Positions 38,482 to 49,065 are shown, numbered from the stretch's first letter. The stretch: 55,678 nucleotides of DNA from an uncultured Lachnospiraceae bacterium (GCA_947631605.1 CANRMC010000001.1:1-55678); one strand, 5' to 3'. Program-made: numbers and translations. Notes: a model not told the origin generated them from the letters alone.

Positions 38482-39136
38482 CAGCTTAAAACGTGCATTG
38501 CAATATATTTATATCCCGATCATTATGTCGGTTCTGGGCGGACTTGGAATCTTTCTGGCGGCACGCCCTGCAATAAAGCTGGCATATAATATGCTCGGTA
38601 TCATTATTTCTGATAGTACCCCAAATTTTAAAACCGAACTGGGTTCTATTTACGATCCTTTGGCAGAACCTTTGAGCCGGGGAGAAATTTCCTATAACGA
38701 CGTGGAATTTCCGGCATATGAAACCCATTATGCCCAGATTCAGTGTAAGCGGCTGGACATGGATGTGCCTCTTTACTGGGGAGACTCTGACCGGGTATTC
38801 CGGGAAGGAGCCGGACAGTATATCGGAAGCTTTATTCCGGGATATGGAGGCGTGATTCTGGCGGGCGCCCATGACTCCATGTATTTTGAACCTTTGCAGG
38901 ATGTCAGGGAGGGCGACCGAATTACGGTCCGTACGAATTATGGGATTTTTACATACCGTGTGACGGATATTAAAATTGCTTCTGACAACGACTCGGAGGT
39001 CTTCAATGATCTGTCCGATTCCGAACAGCTTGTTCTGTATACCTGTTATCCGTTTGGAGCCTTGATCGGCGTTAAAAACCAAAGGTTCTATGTATTTGCG
39101 GATAAGGTATCGGGACCTGAGATTATTAAGGAATAG
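38450..39136 (+). CDS. Sortase-family transpeptidase
   Basis: N-terminal TM segment. Motifs ILAGAHDS (His), LVLYTCYP (TLxTC-type Cys) and QRFYVFA (Arg). Confidence 0.75.
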   Translation: MFRMKKMKKNNSLKRALQYIYIPIIMSVLGGLGIFLAARPAIKLAYNMLGIIISDSTPNFKTELGSIYDPLAEPLSRGEISYNDVEFPAYETHYAQIQCKRLDMDVPLYWGDSDRVFREGAGQYIGSFIPGYGGVILAGAHDSMYFEPLQDVREGDRITVRTNYGIFTYRVTDIKIASDNDSEVFNDLSDSEQLVLYTCYPFGALIGVKNQRFYVFADKVSGPEIIKE

Positions 39137-39148
39137 GAGGAGACAGCG

Positions 39149-40060
39149 ATGAGTACGCAAGAAGAAAACGCAAAGAACCATGGTTCGCATAAACATGCTT
39201 CACATAACCATGGCTCTCATAAAAGAAGGAGAAGAATGCGGCACTTGGTAAGTCTGATACTCTCTTTCCTATTAGCTTTATGTATTACTTCTTTCTTAGT
39301 ATTAGTTGGCTGCAAAGTGGGAATCTTTAATACGTCCGTCCTTCTCAGCCAGTTAAATAAGACGAATTATTATGAAAATATCAGCAATGCCATTCGTGAG
39401 AATGTCGGTGATATCATAAGACCGACCGGACTTCCGGATTCTGTGCTGGAAGGCGTGATCGATGATGACAGGGTATATCTGGACGTGAAAGCCACGATTG
39501 AAGCAAGCCTTGAAAATAAGGAATATCATGCGGATATGACCTATTTGGAGCAGACATTTACCAATAATATTGACGCTTATATCAAAAAAGAGCATAAGCT
39601 GTCAAACGCTTCTACTCAGGCAGGTCTGAAAAAACTGCTGAATGAGATCAAGGCGGAATATATCCGGCTTCTGGATTTTCCTTTCATAAAATATTTTGTA
39701 AAATATCAGGCTATGTATGATAAAATATTTCTTCCGGCGGCAGGCGGATTGCTGGTTGTGATAATTGTTCTTTGCTTTGCCCTGATAAAAATGCAGCGCT
39801 GGGCGCACAGAGGTATCCGATACATCAGTTATGCAACGCTGGCCTCTGTAATTATGACGGGAATACTTCCTTTAATTATCCAGTTGTCAGGGGCGTACAA
39901 ACGGATCAATATATCGCCAAAGTATTTATACAATCTGCTTGTGGGAGTCATCAGTTCGGATCTGACTGTTTTTCTGTATCTTTCCCTTGGCTGCATTCTG
40001 GCGTTTGCCGGAGAAATGGCTGTAATCAAGATTTTGAAGGATCGGGCGGTCGAACACTAG
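39149..40060 (+). CDS. Hypothetical membrane protein with His-rich N-terminus
   Basis: 303-aa ORF with good coding periodicity. N-terminal HGSHKHASHNHGSHKRRRR, then TM helices at both ends. Confidence 0.5.
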   Translation: MSTQEENAKNHGSHKHASHNHGSHKRRRRMRHLVSLILSFLLALCITSFLVLVGCKVGIFNTSVLLSQLNKTNYYENISNAIRENVGDIIRPTGLPDSVLEGVIDDDRVYLDVKATIEASLENKEYHADMTYLEQTFTNNIDAYIKKEHKLSNASTQAGLKKLLNEIKAEYIRLLDFPFIKYFVKYQAMYDKIFLPAAGGLLVVIIVLCFALIKMQRWAHRGIRYISYATLASVIMTGILPLIIQLSGAYKRINISPKYLYNLLVGVISSDLTVFLYLSLGCILAFAGEMAVIKILKDRAVEH

Positions 40061-40150
40061 CCGGTATTTGAGAACTGAATGAAAAAATCTTGAAAAAATA
40101 ACGGAAATATGATAAATTTTCTTAATGTATACGCATAATAGGTGATATAG

Positions 40151-40876
40151 ATGATTGAATTGTTTGATATGCACAGCCATATACTGCCGAACGTGGATGA
40201 TGGTTCCAAGAATATGGAAATGACTATTGAAATGCTTCGGATTGCGTATTCCCAAGGAATTCGAAATATGGTAGCGACCCCTCATTATATGCTGGGAGCT
40301 GATAACTGTTCCGTGGCTGAACTAAAGGAACGCTTGCAGGAAGTACAGGAAGAAGCATTGAAAATCGGGGATGATTTTCATATCTATCTGGGAAATGAAC
40401 TGTACTACAGTGAAGGGATCTGGGACAGGCTGGATCAAAAAGAAGCGCTTACGTTAAATGACAGCCGCTATGTTCTGGTTGAGTTTGATGTCAGTGAAAA
40501 ATACAAAGTGATCTATGACGCTTTGAAAGAATGTACCCGGCGTGGTTATTTCCCGGTTATTGCGCATATTGAACGCTATATGGCGCTTTTCATGGATTTT
40601 GATAAAGTGGAAGAACTGATGAATCTGGGCGCTTACGTTCAGGTGAATATATCCTCACTGGAAGGTGGTCTTACTGACCGTGTGGCTTCTTTTTGCAGGA
40701 AGCTTTTAAAGTATAATATGATCCATATATTTGGAACAGATGCGCATCGGGCGGCCGGCAGAGCACCGACTCCGAAGAAAGGCGCTGCATATATTGAAAA
40801 GAAGTATGGAGCCGGTACGGTAAAACTTCTTATGCATACGAATCCCAAAAAGATGCTGAATAATAAAATATTATAA
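40151..40876 (+). CDS. CpsB/YwqE-type PHP-family tyrosine-protein phosphatase
   Basis: LFDMHSHILPNVDDGSK plus further His motifs (ATPHY, AHIERY, GTDAH). Confidence 0.85.
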   Translation: MIELFDMHSHILPNVDDGSKNMEMTIEMLRIAYSQGIRNMVATPHYMLGADNCSVAELKERLQEVQEEALKIGDDFHIYLGNELYYSEGIWDRLDQKEALTLNDSRYVLVEFDVSEKYKVIYDALKECTRRGYFPVIAHIERYMALFMDFDKVEELMNLGAYVQVNISSLEGGLTDRVASFCRKLLKYNMIHIFGTDAHRAAGRAPTPKKGAAYIEKKYGAGTVKLLMHTNPKKMLNNKIL

Positions 40877-40897
40877 ATATATAAAGGAAGAAGCGAG

Positions 40898-41794
40898 ATG
40901 GAACAGAAAAACGAACAGGAAGTTGAAATTGATTTAAAGGAGATATTTATTATCTTATTGGACCGCCTGTGGGTAATTATTTTTACAGGCGTTCTTCTGG
41001 CTGCCCTGACGGGAATATATACCAAGGTCTTTGTTACGCCGATGTATACGTCGACCGCAAAAGTCTATGTGATCAACCGGCAGAATGAAGAAAATGCCGT
41101 TACTTATTCGGACCTTCAGTCCGGAAGCAGCCTGACGCAGGACTATATGGTTATGGTAAAAGGGAATAATGTTTTAGGACAGGTTATTGATGAACTCAAT
41201 CTGGATATGACTGCGGAAGACCTGAAAGAAAGAGTTTCAGTATCGAATGAGACCAATACCCGTTTTATCAGCATATCGGTGGAGGATCCGGATCCGGTAG
41301 TCGCGCAGCAGATTGCAGACTGCTTGGCTGAGATATCGGCTGAAGTCGGACAGGATGTTATGGATATCAAGAAGGTAAATATTGCGGAAGAAGCAAACCT
41401 GCCGAAAAATCCTTCCAGTCCGAATTTAAAGAAAAATATCTTGATCGGCGGTTTTGCGGGAATCTTCCTGGCAATCGTGGTTATCATTATCATTTTCCTG
41501 ATGAATGACAGCATCCGGACTCCCGAGGATGTAAAGAAGTATCTGGATCTGAATACATTAGGACAAATTCCGGTTCTCGATGAGGGAGAAACGAAGAAAA
41601 AGAAGAAAAAGAGAGAAAAGCGGAAAAAACTGGATGTGGATGATATAGAGGATGATGAGGAAACCGGTATGTCTTCGGATGAAGACACTGCTGAAAAGGA
41701 AGCTGAAAAAGATGAAGAATCAAAGGCGGAACCGGCAGAATCCCAATCAAAGAAGAATGGCTCAAAGAGAAAGAAAGGGGGAAAACAGGCATGA
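40898..41794 (+). CDS. Wzz/CpsC-type chain-length determinant (BY-kinase membrane modulator) with charged C-terminal extension
   Basis: Two TM segments flanking an extracellular domain. Motif EIDLKEIFIILLDRLWVI. Translationally coupled to the kinase gene (ATGA overlap). Confidence 0.85.
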   Translation: MEQKNEQEVEIDLKEIFIILLDRLWVIIFTGVLLAALTGIYTKVFVTPMYTSTAKVYVINRQNEENAVTYSDLQSGSSLTQDYMVMVKGNNVLGQVIDELNLDMTAEDLKERVSVSNETNTRFISISVEDPDPVVAQQIADCLAEISAEVGQDVMDIKKVNIAEEANLPKNPSSPNLKKNILIGGFAGIFLAIVVIIIIFLMNDSIRTPEDVKKYLDLNTLGQIPVLDEGETKKKKKKREKRKKLDVDDIEDDEETGMSSDEDTAEKEAEKDEESKAEPAESQSKKNGSKRKKGGKQA

Positions 41795-42531
41795 ATAAGC
41801 TGATGTTGGAAAAGCTGGATGATATGGATTTCCAAAGTAATGAGGCATATAAAACGCTTCGGACGAATATCCTGTTTTCCGGAAATAAGATCAAAGTAAT
41901 CTGTTTAACTTCCTGTACCCCAAATGAGGGAAAGAGTTCAATCTCGTTGAATCTTGCCCGTTCTTTTGCTGACAGCGGGAAGAAAGTAGCATTAATTGAT
42001 GCGGACCTTCGAAAATCTGTATTGATGGGACGCCACAAAATTCAGAATCTGGAATATGGGCTCAGCCATTATCTCTCCGGACAGAATACGTTTGAAGAAT
42101 GTATGAATGAGACGAATCTGGAGAATCTGGACATGATGCTCTGTGGTCCGGTACCTCCAAATCCGGCGGAGCTTCTCGGCTCTGAGCAGTTTGCCGCTCT
42201 GATCGAACGGTGCAGGCAGGATTATGATTATGTAATTATTGATACGCCGCCTCTTGGCTCCGTTATCGACAGCGCTATCGTGGCAAAGCAGGTGGACGGC
42301 GCGCTGATCGTAATAGAAACAAATAAGATCAGTTATAAGTTTGCGCAGAAGGTAAAGGACCAGCTGGATAAGAGTAACTGCCGGATCTTAGGCGTAATCT
42401 TAAATAAGATCGAAGTACACAGAAAAGGTTACTATGGCAAGTATTACGGTAAATACTATGGCAAGTATTACGGAAGATACTACGGAAGCTATTATGGCAA
42501 TTATTATGGCAATTACGGCGAGAAAGACTAG
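41791..42531 (+). CDS. CpsD/CapB-type bacterial tyrosine kinase (BY-kinase) with C-terminal Tyr cluster
   Basis: Walker A TPNEGKSS, A' LIDADLRKS, Walker B VIIDTPP. Tail KGYYGKYYGKYYGKYYGRYYGSYYGNYYGNYG. Confidence 0.9.
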   Translation: MNKLMLEKLDDMDFQSNEAYKTLRTNILFSGNKIKVICLTSCTPNEGKSSISLNLARSFADSGKKVALIDADLRKSVLMGRHKIQNLEYGLSHYLSGQNTFEECMNETNLENLDMMLCGPVPPNPAELLGSEQFAALIERCRQDYDYVIIDTPPLGSVIDSAIVAKQVDGALIVIETNKISYKFAQKVKDQLDKSNCRILGVILNKIEVHRKGYYGKYYGKYYGKYYGRYYGSYYGNYYGNYGEKD

Positions 42532-42545
42532 GAGATAAATTTGGT

Positions 42546-44183
42546 ATGGAACTGATAATCATACAGCTAATGGGCGGACTGGGACTCTTTGTATTCGGTA
42601 TGAATCTTATGAGCCGCGGTATCGAAAAAGTTGCCGGTAATAAATTAAGAGGTATTTTGGAGGCATTCACTAAGACAAAGTTCTTGGGGCTTGTCGTTGG
42701 ACTCTTTTTTACAGCGCTGATTCAATCTTCCAGTGCCGCAACGGTTATGGTTGTCAGTTTTGTTAATTCCGGTCTGATGAAGCTGGGAGAAGCCTGCGGC
42801 GTGATACTCGGCGCCAATATCGGTACGACGGTAACGGCAATGCTGGTTGCATTCCGGCTCAGTACGCTTGCTCCTATCATTGTATTTATCGGTTCCCTTA
42901 TGGTCTGTTTTATAAAGAAACCGATCATCCGGAAGTCCGGCGAAATCGTACTTGGTTTCGGCGTTCTTTTTATGGGTATCAGCATGATGTCCACTGCCAT
43001 GGGCGAACTGCGGGATATCCCTGCTGTTATTAATCTTTTAAGTCATTTTACAAACCCGTTTCTGGGTGTTCTGCTGGGGCTTATTATCACGTCCGTGGTA
43101 CAGAGCTCTTCCGTAACGGTCAGTATCCTTGTCGTTATGGCGTCGCAGGGTTTGATCGACCTTCGGATCAGTATGTTCGTGATCCTGGGTTGTAATATCG
43201 GCGCCTGCACATCAGCGGTACTGGCGTCCATCGGTTCCACAAAAAATGCAAAGCGGGCGGCGTTGATCCATCTGCTCTTCAATATATTTGGTACAATTCT
43301 GATGTTTGTCCTTCTCCTTCTGTTTGCGGAACAGATTGAAGGTATTATCAGTTTCTTCAGCGGTCATGGTACGGACGCTGCAAATCTCGGACGAAATATT
43401 GCATGGGCGCATTTCCTGTTCAAGGTGTTCCAGGTAGCGGTTTTCTATCCGTTTATGAATCTGATCGTAAAATGTACCTATCTGCTCGTGCCGGGCGAGG
43501 ACGAGGAAACCGGAGAACAGTATACGCTCCAGTATATCGGACACAGCCTTCCAAACCCTGCGGTTGCTATCTATCTGGCGGTGCAGGAGATTGAACGCAT
43601 GGCGCATATGGCATTCGGAAACTTAAATCTGGCGGTAGAAGCGCTTGTAAATCATGATGATGAAGCCAGCCGGAAGGTTTTTGAAACGGAGCGGTATATT
43701 GATTTTCTGGACGAGGAGATCAGTAATTATCTGGTTAAGATCAACCAGAATACACTTCCGATCGCGGATGCGAATATGATCGCGGCGTACTTCCATGTTG
43801 TCAGTGATATTGAACGGATCGGGGACCATGCAAAGAACATCGTGGAACTGATTCCGCAGCTATATGAAAACGGAATTCAATTGTCTGAGAGCAGTACAAA
43901 TGAACTGCAGGAAATGATGAAACTAATCAACAGTATGTTTGATGAATCTCTGGAAATGTTCCTGACAGGAAGTACTATACATATGAAGGAAATATCGGAT
44001 CTTGAGAATATGGTCGATCAGATGGAGCGGGATCTTCAGACCAGCCATATCCGGCGGTTAAATGAAGGAAAATGCAGCGCACAGGCGGGAATTTATTTCT
44101 CGGATATCGTGTCCGGTCTGGAGCGTGTGGCAGACCATGCGATCAATATCGCATTTTCTCTGATCGAAGCGAAAAAGGCGTAA
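42546..44183 (+). CDS. Na+/phosphate cotransporter family protein with PhoU-like C-domain
   Basis: Duplicated QSSSAAT / QSSSVTV motifs. C-terminal paired helical PhoU-like repeats (DIERIGDHA, GLERVADHA). Confidence 0.85.
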   Translation: MELIIIQLMGGLGLFVFGMNLMSRGIEKVAGNKLRGILEAFTKTKFLGLVVGLFFTALIQSSSAATVMVVSFVNSGLMKLGEACGVILGANIGTTVTAMLVAFRLSTLAPIIVFIGSLMVCFIKKPIIRKSGEIVLGFGVLFMGISMMSTAMGELRDIPAVINLLSHFTNPFLGVLLGLIITSVVQSSSVTVSILVVMASQGLIDLRISMFVILGCNIGACTSAVLASIGSTKNAKRAALIHLLFNIFGTILMFVLLLLFAEQIEGIISFFSGHGTDAANLGRNIAWAHFLFKVFQVAVFYPFMNLIVKCTYLLVPGEDEETGEQYTLQYIGHSLPNPAVAIYLAVQEIERMAHMAFGNLNLAVEALVNHDDEASRKVFETERYIDFLDEEISNYLVKINQNTLPIADANMIAAYFHVVSDIERIGDHAKNIVELIPQLYENGIQLSESSTNELQEMMKLINSMFDESLEMFLTGSTIHMKEISDLENMVDQMERDLQTSHIRRLNEGKCSAQAGIYFSDIVSGLERVADHAINIAFSLIEAKKA

Positions 44184-44207
44184 GGGAGAACTAAAAGGGG
44201 GATTTCG

Positions 44208-45125
44208 ATGAAACATTTAATTGATCCAATGGATTTAAGCGTGGAAGAAATCGATGATATTCTGGCATTGGCGCAGGATATTATAGCGGACCATGATAAA
44301 TACCGGGAAGTATGCAAGGGCAAAAAACTGGCGACTTTATTTTTTGAACCAAGTACGAGGACAAGACTCAGTTTCGAAGCAGCAATGATGGAACTGGGTG
44401 GTAATGTACTTGGTTTTTCTTCTGCCGATTCATCCTCTGCTGCGAAGGGGGAGAGCGTTGGAGATACGGTTCGTGTCGTCGGATGTTATGCGGATATCAT
44501 CGCCATGCGGCATCCGAAAGAAGGTGCGCCGATGCGGGCGGCGATGGTATCGCCGGTTCCGATCATTAACGCCGGTGACGGCGGACACAACCATCCGACA
44601 CAGACGCTGACGGATCTTCTGACGATTCAGAGAGAGAAGGGAAGGCTGAATGATTTCACGATCGGAGTCTGCGGGGATCTGAAATTCGGACGGACGGTAC
44701 ACTCTCTGATCAAGGCATTGTCCAGATATGAAGGGATCCGGTTTATCCTGATCTCACCGAATGAATTAAAAGTTCCGGACTATATAATCACAGAAATTTT
44801 TGAGAAGCATAATATAGAATACAGGGAAGTTACATCGATGGAAGAGGTCATGCCGGAATTGGATATCCTGTACATGACAAGGGTACAACGGGAACGGTTC
44901 TTCAATGAAGCCGATTATGTCCGGTTGAAAGACACCTATATTCTGGATAAGAATAAATTGAAAGACGCGAAAGAGGATTTATCCATATTGCACCCGCTTC
45001 CAAGAGTGAATGAAATTTCCGTTTCGGTGGATGATGATCCGAGAGCCTGCTATTTCAGACAGGCACTCAATGGAAAATATGTGAGAATGGCGCTTATCAT
45101 GCGGCTTTTGGGGGTGAATGTGTAA
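44208..45125 (+). CDS. pyrB: Aspartate carbamoyltransferase catalytic subunit
   Basis: Motifs [15 protein letters not shown] and HPLPR. Confidence 0.95.
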   Translation: MKHLIDPMDLSVEEIDDILALAQDIIADHDKYREVCKGKKLATLFFEPSTRTRLSFEAAMMELGGNVLGFSSADSSSAAKGESVGDTVRVVGCYADIIAMRHPKEGAPMRAAMVSPVPIINAGDGGHNHPTQTLTDLLTIQREKGRLNDFTIGVCGDLKFGRTVHSLIKALSRYEGIRFILISPNELKVPDYIITEIFEKHNIEYREVTSMEEVMPELDILYMTRVQRERFFNEADYVRLKDTYILDKNKLKDAKEDLSILHPLPRVNEISVSVDDDPRACYFRQALNGKYVRMALIMRLLGVNV

Positions 45126-45539
45126 ATGAAGATAGACAGTATTCAGAATGGGATCGTGCTCGACCATATTACGGCAGGAAAAGCGATGCAGATCTACCAT
45201 GACTTAGGATTGGATGAGCTGGATTGCAGCGTAGCTATTATTAAAAATGTGAAAAGCAACAAGATGGGGAAGAAGGACATTCTAAAGATCGATAAGGAAT
45301 ATGATATTAATCTGGATGTCATCGGTTATATCGATCCGGACGTAACCGTCAGTATTATCAAGGACGGGGTTACGGTAGAAAAAAAGAAGCTGGAACCGCC
45401 GGAACGTCTGGTGGATATAAAGAAATGCAAGAACCCAAGGTGCATAACGACCACAGAGCCGGGAATTCCTCATATTTTTAAATTGACGGATGCAAAAAAC
45501 CGGATTTACAGATGCATCTATTGCGAAGCGGATAAATAG
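45126..45539 (+). CDS. pyrI: Aspartate carbamoyltransferase regulatory subunit
   Basis: 137 aa. Zn site CKNPRC...CIYC. ATG directly follows the pyrB TAA. Confidence 0.9.
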   Translation: MKIDSIQNGIVLDHITAGKAMQIYHDLGLDELDCSVAIIKNVKSNKMGKKDILKIDKEYDINLDVIGYIDPDVTVSIIKDGVTVEKKKLEPPERLVDIKKCKNPRCITTTEPGIPHIFKLTDAKNRIYRCIYCEADK

Positions 45540-45568
45540 TAAATTTCGGAAAAAATTTCGGATAAAGG

Positions 45569-45596
45569 TTTACATTTTTTTCTTATATGGTATAAT
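45569..45596 (+). promoter_or_regulatory. Candidate extended -10 promoter for murA
   Basis: TTTACA, 16-nt spacer ending in TGG, then TATAAT. Confidence 0.45.
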
Positions 45597-45653
45597 TTAT
45601 AAGACTATGTAAACTCATTTTGTGTTGAAATGAGCGAAATCTGAGGTGTAAGA

Positions 45654-46958
45654 ATGGAACGTTATGCAATTAAGGGCGGCAAGGTTCTTGAAGGAGAGAT
45701 TACGATTGCCGGCGCCAAAAATGCAGCACTCGGCATACTGGCCGCTGCGGTCATGACGGATGAAGAGTGTATTATAGAAAATGTACCGTACGTCAGCGAT
45801 ACGAGAACATTACTCAAGGCAATCGAGGGCATCGGTGCAAAAGTAAAATATTTAGACAGACATACGGTTTCCATCTGCGGAAAGGGGATCAGAGGTGACA
45901 GAAGCCTTTCGGTAGATGATGAATATATAAGAAAAATAAGAGCATCCTATTATTTGATCGGCGCGCTTCTGGGAAAGTATTCCTATGCAAATGTCGCGCT
46001 TCCGGGAGGCTGCGATATCGGCGCCAGACCGATCGACCTTCATACGAAGGGATTTGAGAAACTGGGTGCGAAGGTTGATACCGTACACGGCGGCAAGGTA
46101 GTAGCGGAGGCCGATCAGCTGGTTGGCGCTCATATTTATCTGGATACTGTTTCCGTAGGCGCAACCATTAATATCATGCTGGCGGCGACTTTGGCGGAAG
46201 GGAAAACGACGATTGAAAATGCAGCGAAGGAGCCACATATTGTTGATGTCGCAAACTTCCTGAATACCATGGGAGCGAATATCAAGGGCGCAGGAACGGA
46301 TGTGATCCGTGTCCGCGGCGTGACGAAGTTACATGGAGCTGAATATTCTATCATTCCGGACCAGATTGAGGCAGGAACATTTATGGCGATGGCTGTGGCA
46401 ACCCGCGGCAACATTTTGATCCAAAATGTCATTCCGAAGCATTTGGAGGCGATTTCCTCCAAGCTGATCGAAATGGGAGCTACCGTGATCGAATATGACG
46501 ATTCCGTCAGGGTTATGGCGGACGGGAAACTCAAATCCACCCAGATAAAAACACTCCCGTATCCGGGATTTCCAACGGATATGCAGGCGCACATGGCGAC
46601 GGTTCTGGCTCTGGCGGAAGGCACCAGTATCGTAACCGAGAGCATTTTTGAGAACCGGTTCCGGTATGTGCAGGAGCTTGTGCGGATGGGAGCAAAGATC
46701 CGGGTTGAAGGAAATGTAGCCATAATCAACGGCGTTCAAAAATTTTTGGGAGCAAATCTTACGGCGCCCGATCTTCGTGCCGGTGCAGCGCTTGTTATTG
46801 CGGCGCTTGCGGCGGAAGGAGTCAGCGTGATCGAAGATATAGAGTACATAAAGAGAGGGTATGAAGATTTCGACGAAAAGATACGAAGTCTTGGAGGCAA
46901 TATGGAAATCTTAGATACCGACAAAGATATACAGAAGTTTAAGCTCAGGGTTGGCTAA
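45654..46958 (+). CDS. murA: UDP-N-acetylglucosamine 1-carboxyvinyltransferase
   Basis: 434 aa. Motif ITIAGAKNAAL. Active-site Cys loop LPGGCDIGARPIDLH. Confidence 0.95.
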   Translation: MERYAIKGGKVLEGEITIAGAKNAALGILAAAVMTDEECIIENVPYVSDTRTLLKAIEGIGAKVKYLDRHTVSICGKGIRGDRSLSVDDEYIRKIRASYYLIGALLGKYSYANVALPGGCDIGARPIDLHTKGFEKLGAKVDTVHGGKVVAEADQLVGAHIYLDTVSVGATINIMLAATLAEGKTTIENAAKEPHIVDVANFLNTMGANIKGAGTDVIRVRGVTKLHGAEYSIIPDQIEAGTFMAMAVATRGNILIQNVIPKHLEAISSKLIEMGATVIEYDDSVRVMADGKLKSTQIKTLPYPGFPTDMQAHMATVLALAEGTSIVTESIFENRFRYVQELVRMGAKIRVEGNVAIINGVQKFLGANLTAPDLRAGAALVIAALAAEGVSVIEDIEYIKRGYEDFDEKIRSLGGNMEILDTDKDIQKFKLRVG

Positions 46959-47012
46959 AACGCCAGCCTTGAATTTTTCAGGGTGAGACTGCCGGAGAAA
47001 GGGGTAAGAAAA

Positions 47013-49007
47013 ATGGCAAAAAAACCGTATTACATCACAACCGCGATCGCATATACATCAGGAAAGCCTCATATAGGAAATACTTATGAGATTGTGCTTG
47101 CGGACAGCATTGCTCGTTACAAACGGTTTACCGGATATGACGTAAGGTTCCAGACCGGAACGGACGAGCATGGACAGAAGATTGAGACAAAGGCTTTTGA
47201 GAACCTGTCTACACCAAAAGAGTATGTGGACGAGGTGTCCGGTGAGATCAAACGGATCTGGGATCTGATGAACACTTCCTATGATAAATTTATCCGTACG
47301 ACGGACGAATATCATGAGAAACAGATTCAGAAAATTTTCCGGAAACTGTATGATAAGGGGGATATTTATAAAGGAAAATACGAGGGTATGTACTGTACGC
47401 CTTGTGAATCCTTCTTTACGCCGTCCCAGCTTGTTGACGGCTGCTGTCCGGACTGCGGCAGACCGTGCCAGCCGGCGTCAGAGGAAGCATATTTCTTTAA
47501 ACTCAGCAAATATGCGGACAGACTGATCGAGCATATCAATACCCATCCGGAATTTATACAGCCGGAATCCCGCAAAAACGAAATGATGAATAATTTCCTG
47601 CTCCCGGGACTTCAGGATCTGTGCGTATCCAGAAGTTCATTCAAATGGGGAATTCCTGTAGATTTTGATAAGAAGCATGTTGTCTATGTATGGATCGATG
47701 CGCTTTCCAACTATATCACCGGACTGGGGTATGATGTGGACGGACCGCAGAGTGCGACTTTTAAGAAATACTGGCCGGCGGACCTGCATCTGATCGGAAA
47801 GGATATTTTACGTTTCCATACGATTTACTGGCCGATCATGCTGATGGCGCTGGATCTTCCGCTCCCGAAGCAGATTTTCGGACATCCATGGCTGATCCAG
47901 AGCGACGGCAAGATGAGCAAGTCCAGAGGAAATGTTCTCTATGCCGATGATATGGTAGATTTCTTTGGCGTGGACGCCGTAAGATATTTCCTGCTTCATG
48001 AAATGCCGTTTGAAAATGACGGCGTGGTGTCATGGGAGCTTATGATCGAACGGATCAATTCCGATCTCGCGAATACGCTGGGCAATCTGGTGAACCGGAC
48101 AATCTCTATGTCAAATAAGTATTTTGACGGTATCGTTACGGACGCCGGCGCAGAAGCGGAACCGGATAAAGAGTTTAAAGAAACCATCGTGAATACACGC
48201 CTCAAGGTGAACGAGTGCATGGATAAGCTGCGGGTAGCGGATGCGATCACGGAAATCTTCAATCTCTTCAAGAGATGCAACAAATATATTGACGAAACCA
48301 CTCCTTGGACGCTTGCCAAGGACGAGGACATGAAAGACCGGCTGAATACGGTACTTTATAATCTGGTAGAGAGTATCGTGATCGGGGCAACCCTGCTGGA
48401 ATCTTTCCTTCCGCAGACCTCTGAGAAGATTCTCGCACAGTTAAATACAGAGAAGCGGAAGGTTACGGAGCTTTCAAGATTTGGTCTCTATCCGTCCGGA
48501 AATAAGGTAACGGAAGAACCGGAGATTCTCTTTGCAAGGATCGATACGGAAAAAATGCTGGATGAAATTGCAGTAAAATTCCCGCCGAAGGAACCGGAGC
48601 CGGAAAAACCGAAGAAAACGCCGGAGGAAGAGAAGGAAGAAAAGCAGATCAAGATCCCGTCTCTTCAGGCGGTACAGAAGGAACAGCTTACGATCGAAGA
48701 ATTTGATAAGATGCAGCTTCAGATCGGGGAAATTATTTCCTGCGAAGCCGTTCCAAATTCCAAGAAGCTGCTCTGCTCTCAGGTACAGATTGCCGGACGG
48801 ACGCTTCAGATTGTTTCCGGTATTAAGAATTTTTATAAACCGGAAGAGATGGTGGGTAAAAAAGTTGTTGTAATAACCAATCTGAAGCCTGTAAAACTTG
48901 CCGGCGTGCTTTCGGAGGGCATGCTCCTTTGTGCAGAAGATTTTGATGGAAATCTGGCGCTGCTTACGGCTGAGAAGAATATGCCGGCAGGAGCCATGAT
49001 CAGTTAA
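47013..49007 (+). CDS. metG: Methionine--tRNA ligase with C-terminal tRNA-binding (Trbp111-like) domain
   Basis: HIGN (GKPHIGNTYE), KMSKS and a Zn knuckle CTPCE...CPDCG. Start at MAKKPYY. Confidence 0.95.
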   Translation: MAKKPYYITTAIAYTSGKPHIGNTYEIVLADSIARYKRFTGYDVRFQTGTDEHGQKIETKAFENLSTPKEYVDEVSGEIKRIWDLMNTSYDKFIRTTDEYHEKQIQKIFRKLYDKGDIYKGKYEGMYCTPCESFFTPSQLVDGCCPDCGRPCQPASEEAYFFKLSKYADRLIEHINTHPEFIQPESRKNEMMNNFLLPGLQDLCVSRSSFKWGIPVDFDKKHVVYVWIDALSNYITGLGYDVDGPQSATFKKYWPADLHLIGKDILRFHTIYWPIMLMALDLPLPKQIFGHPWLIQSDGKMSKSRGNVLYADDMVDFFGVDAVRYFLLHEMPFENDGVVSWELMIERINSDLANTLGNLVNRTISMSNKYFDGIVTDAGAEAEPDKEFKETIVNTRLKVNECMDKLRVADAITEIFNLFKRCNKYIDETTPWTLAKDEDMKDRLNTVLYNLVESIVIGATLLESFLPQTSEKILAQLNTEKRKVTELSRFGLYPSGNKVTEEPEILFARIDTEKMLDEIAVKFPPKEPEPEKPKKTPEEEKEEKQIKIPSLQAVQKEQLTIEEFDKMQLQIGEIISCEAVPNSKKLLCSQVQIAGRTLQIVSGIKNFYKPEEMVGKKVVVITNLKPVKLAGVLSEGMLLCAEDFDGNLALLTAEKNMPAGAMIS

Positions 49008-49037
49008 TGATAGTTTTTAAATATTAAAATGTATTCA

Positions 49038-49065
49038 GATACCGCTGTAACCATTCAGCGGTATC
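49038..49065 (+). terminator. Hairpin downstream of metG (possible terminator)
   Basis: GATACCGCTG, 8-nt loop, CAGCGGTATC. The T-run begins only ~12 nt further on. Confidence 0.4.

Noticed and set aside
41143-42038. 230-aa and 182-aa minus-strand ORFs across the cpsC/cpsD-like genes
   Set aside because: These are Ser/Phe-rich antisense artefacts of the Lys/Glu-rich coding strand. The + strand genes have Walker motifs and translational coupling.
46136-46739. 197-aa and 136-aa antisense ORFs within murA; similar long antisense ORFs occur in the hydrogenase gene (51850-52572) and in the sortase gene (38486-39196)
   Set aside because: The opposite strand encodes well-conserved enzymes. The antisense frames have no motifs or RBS.
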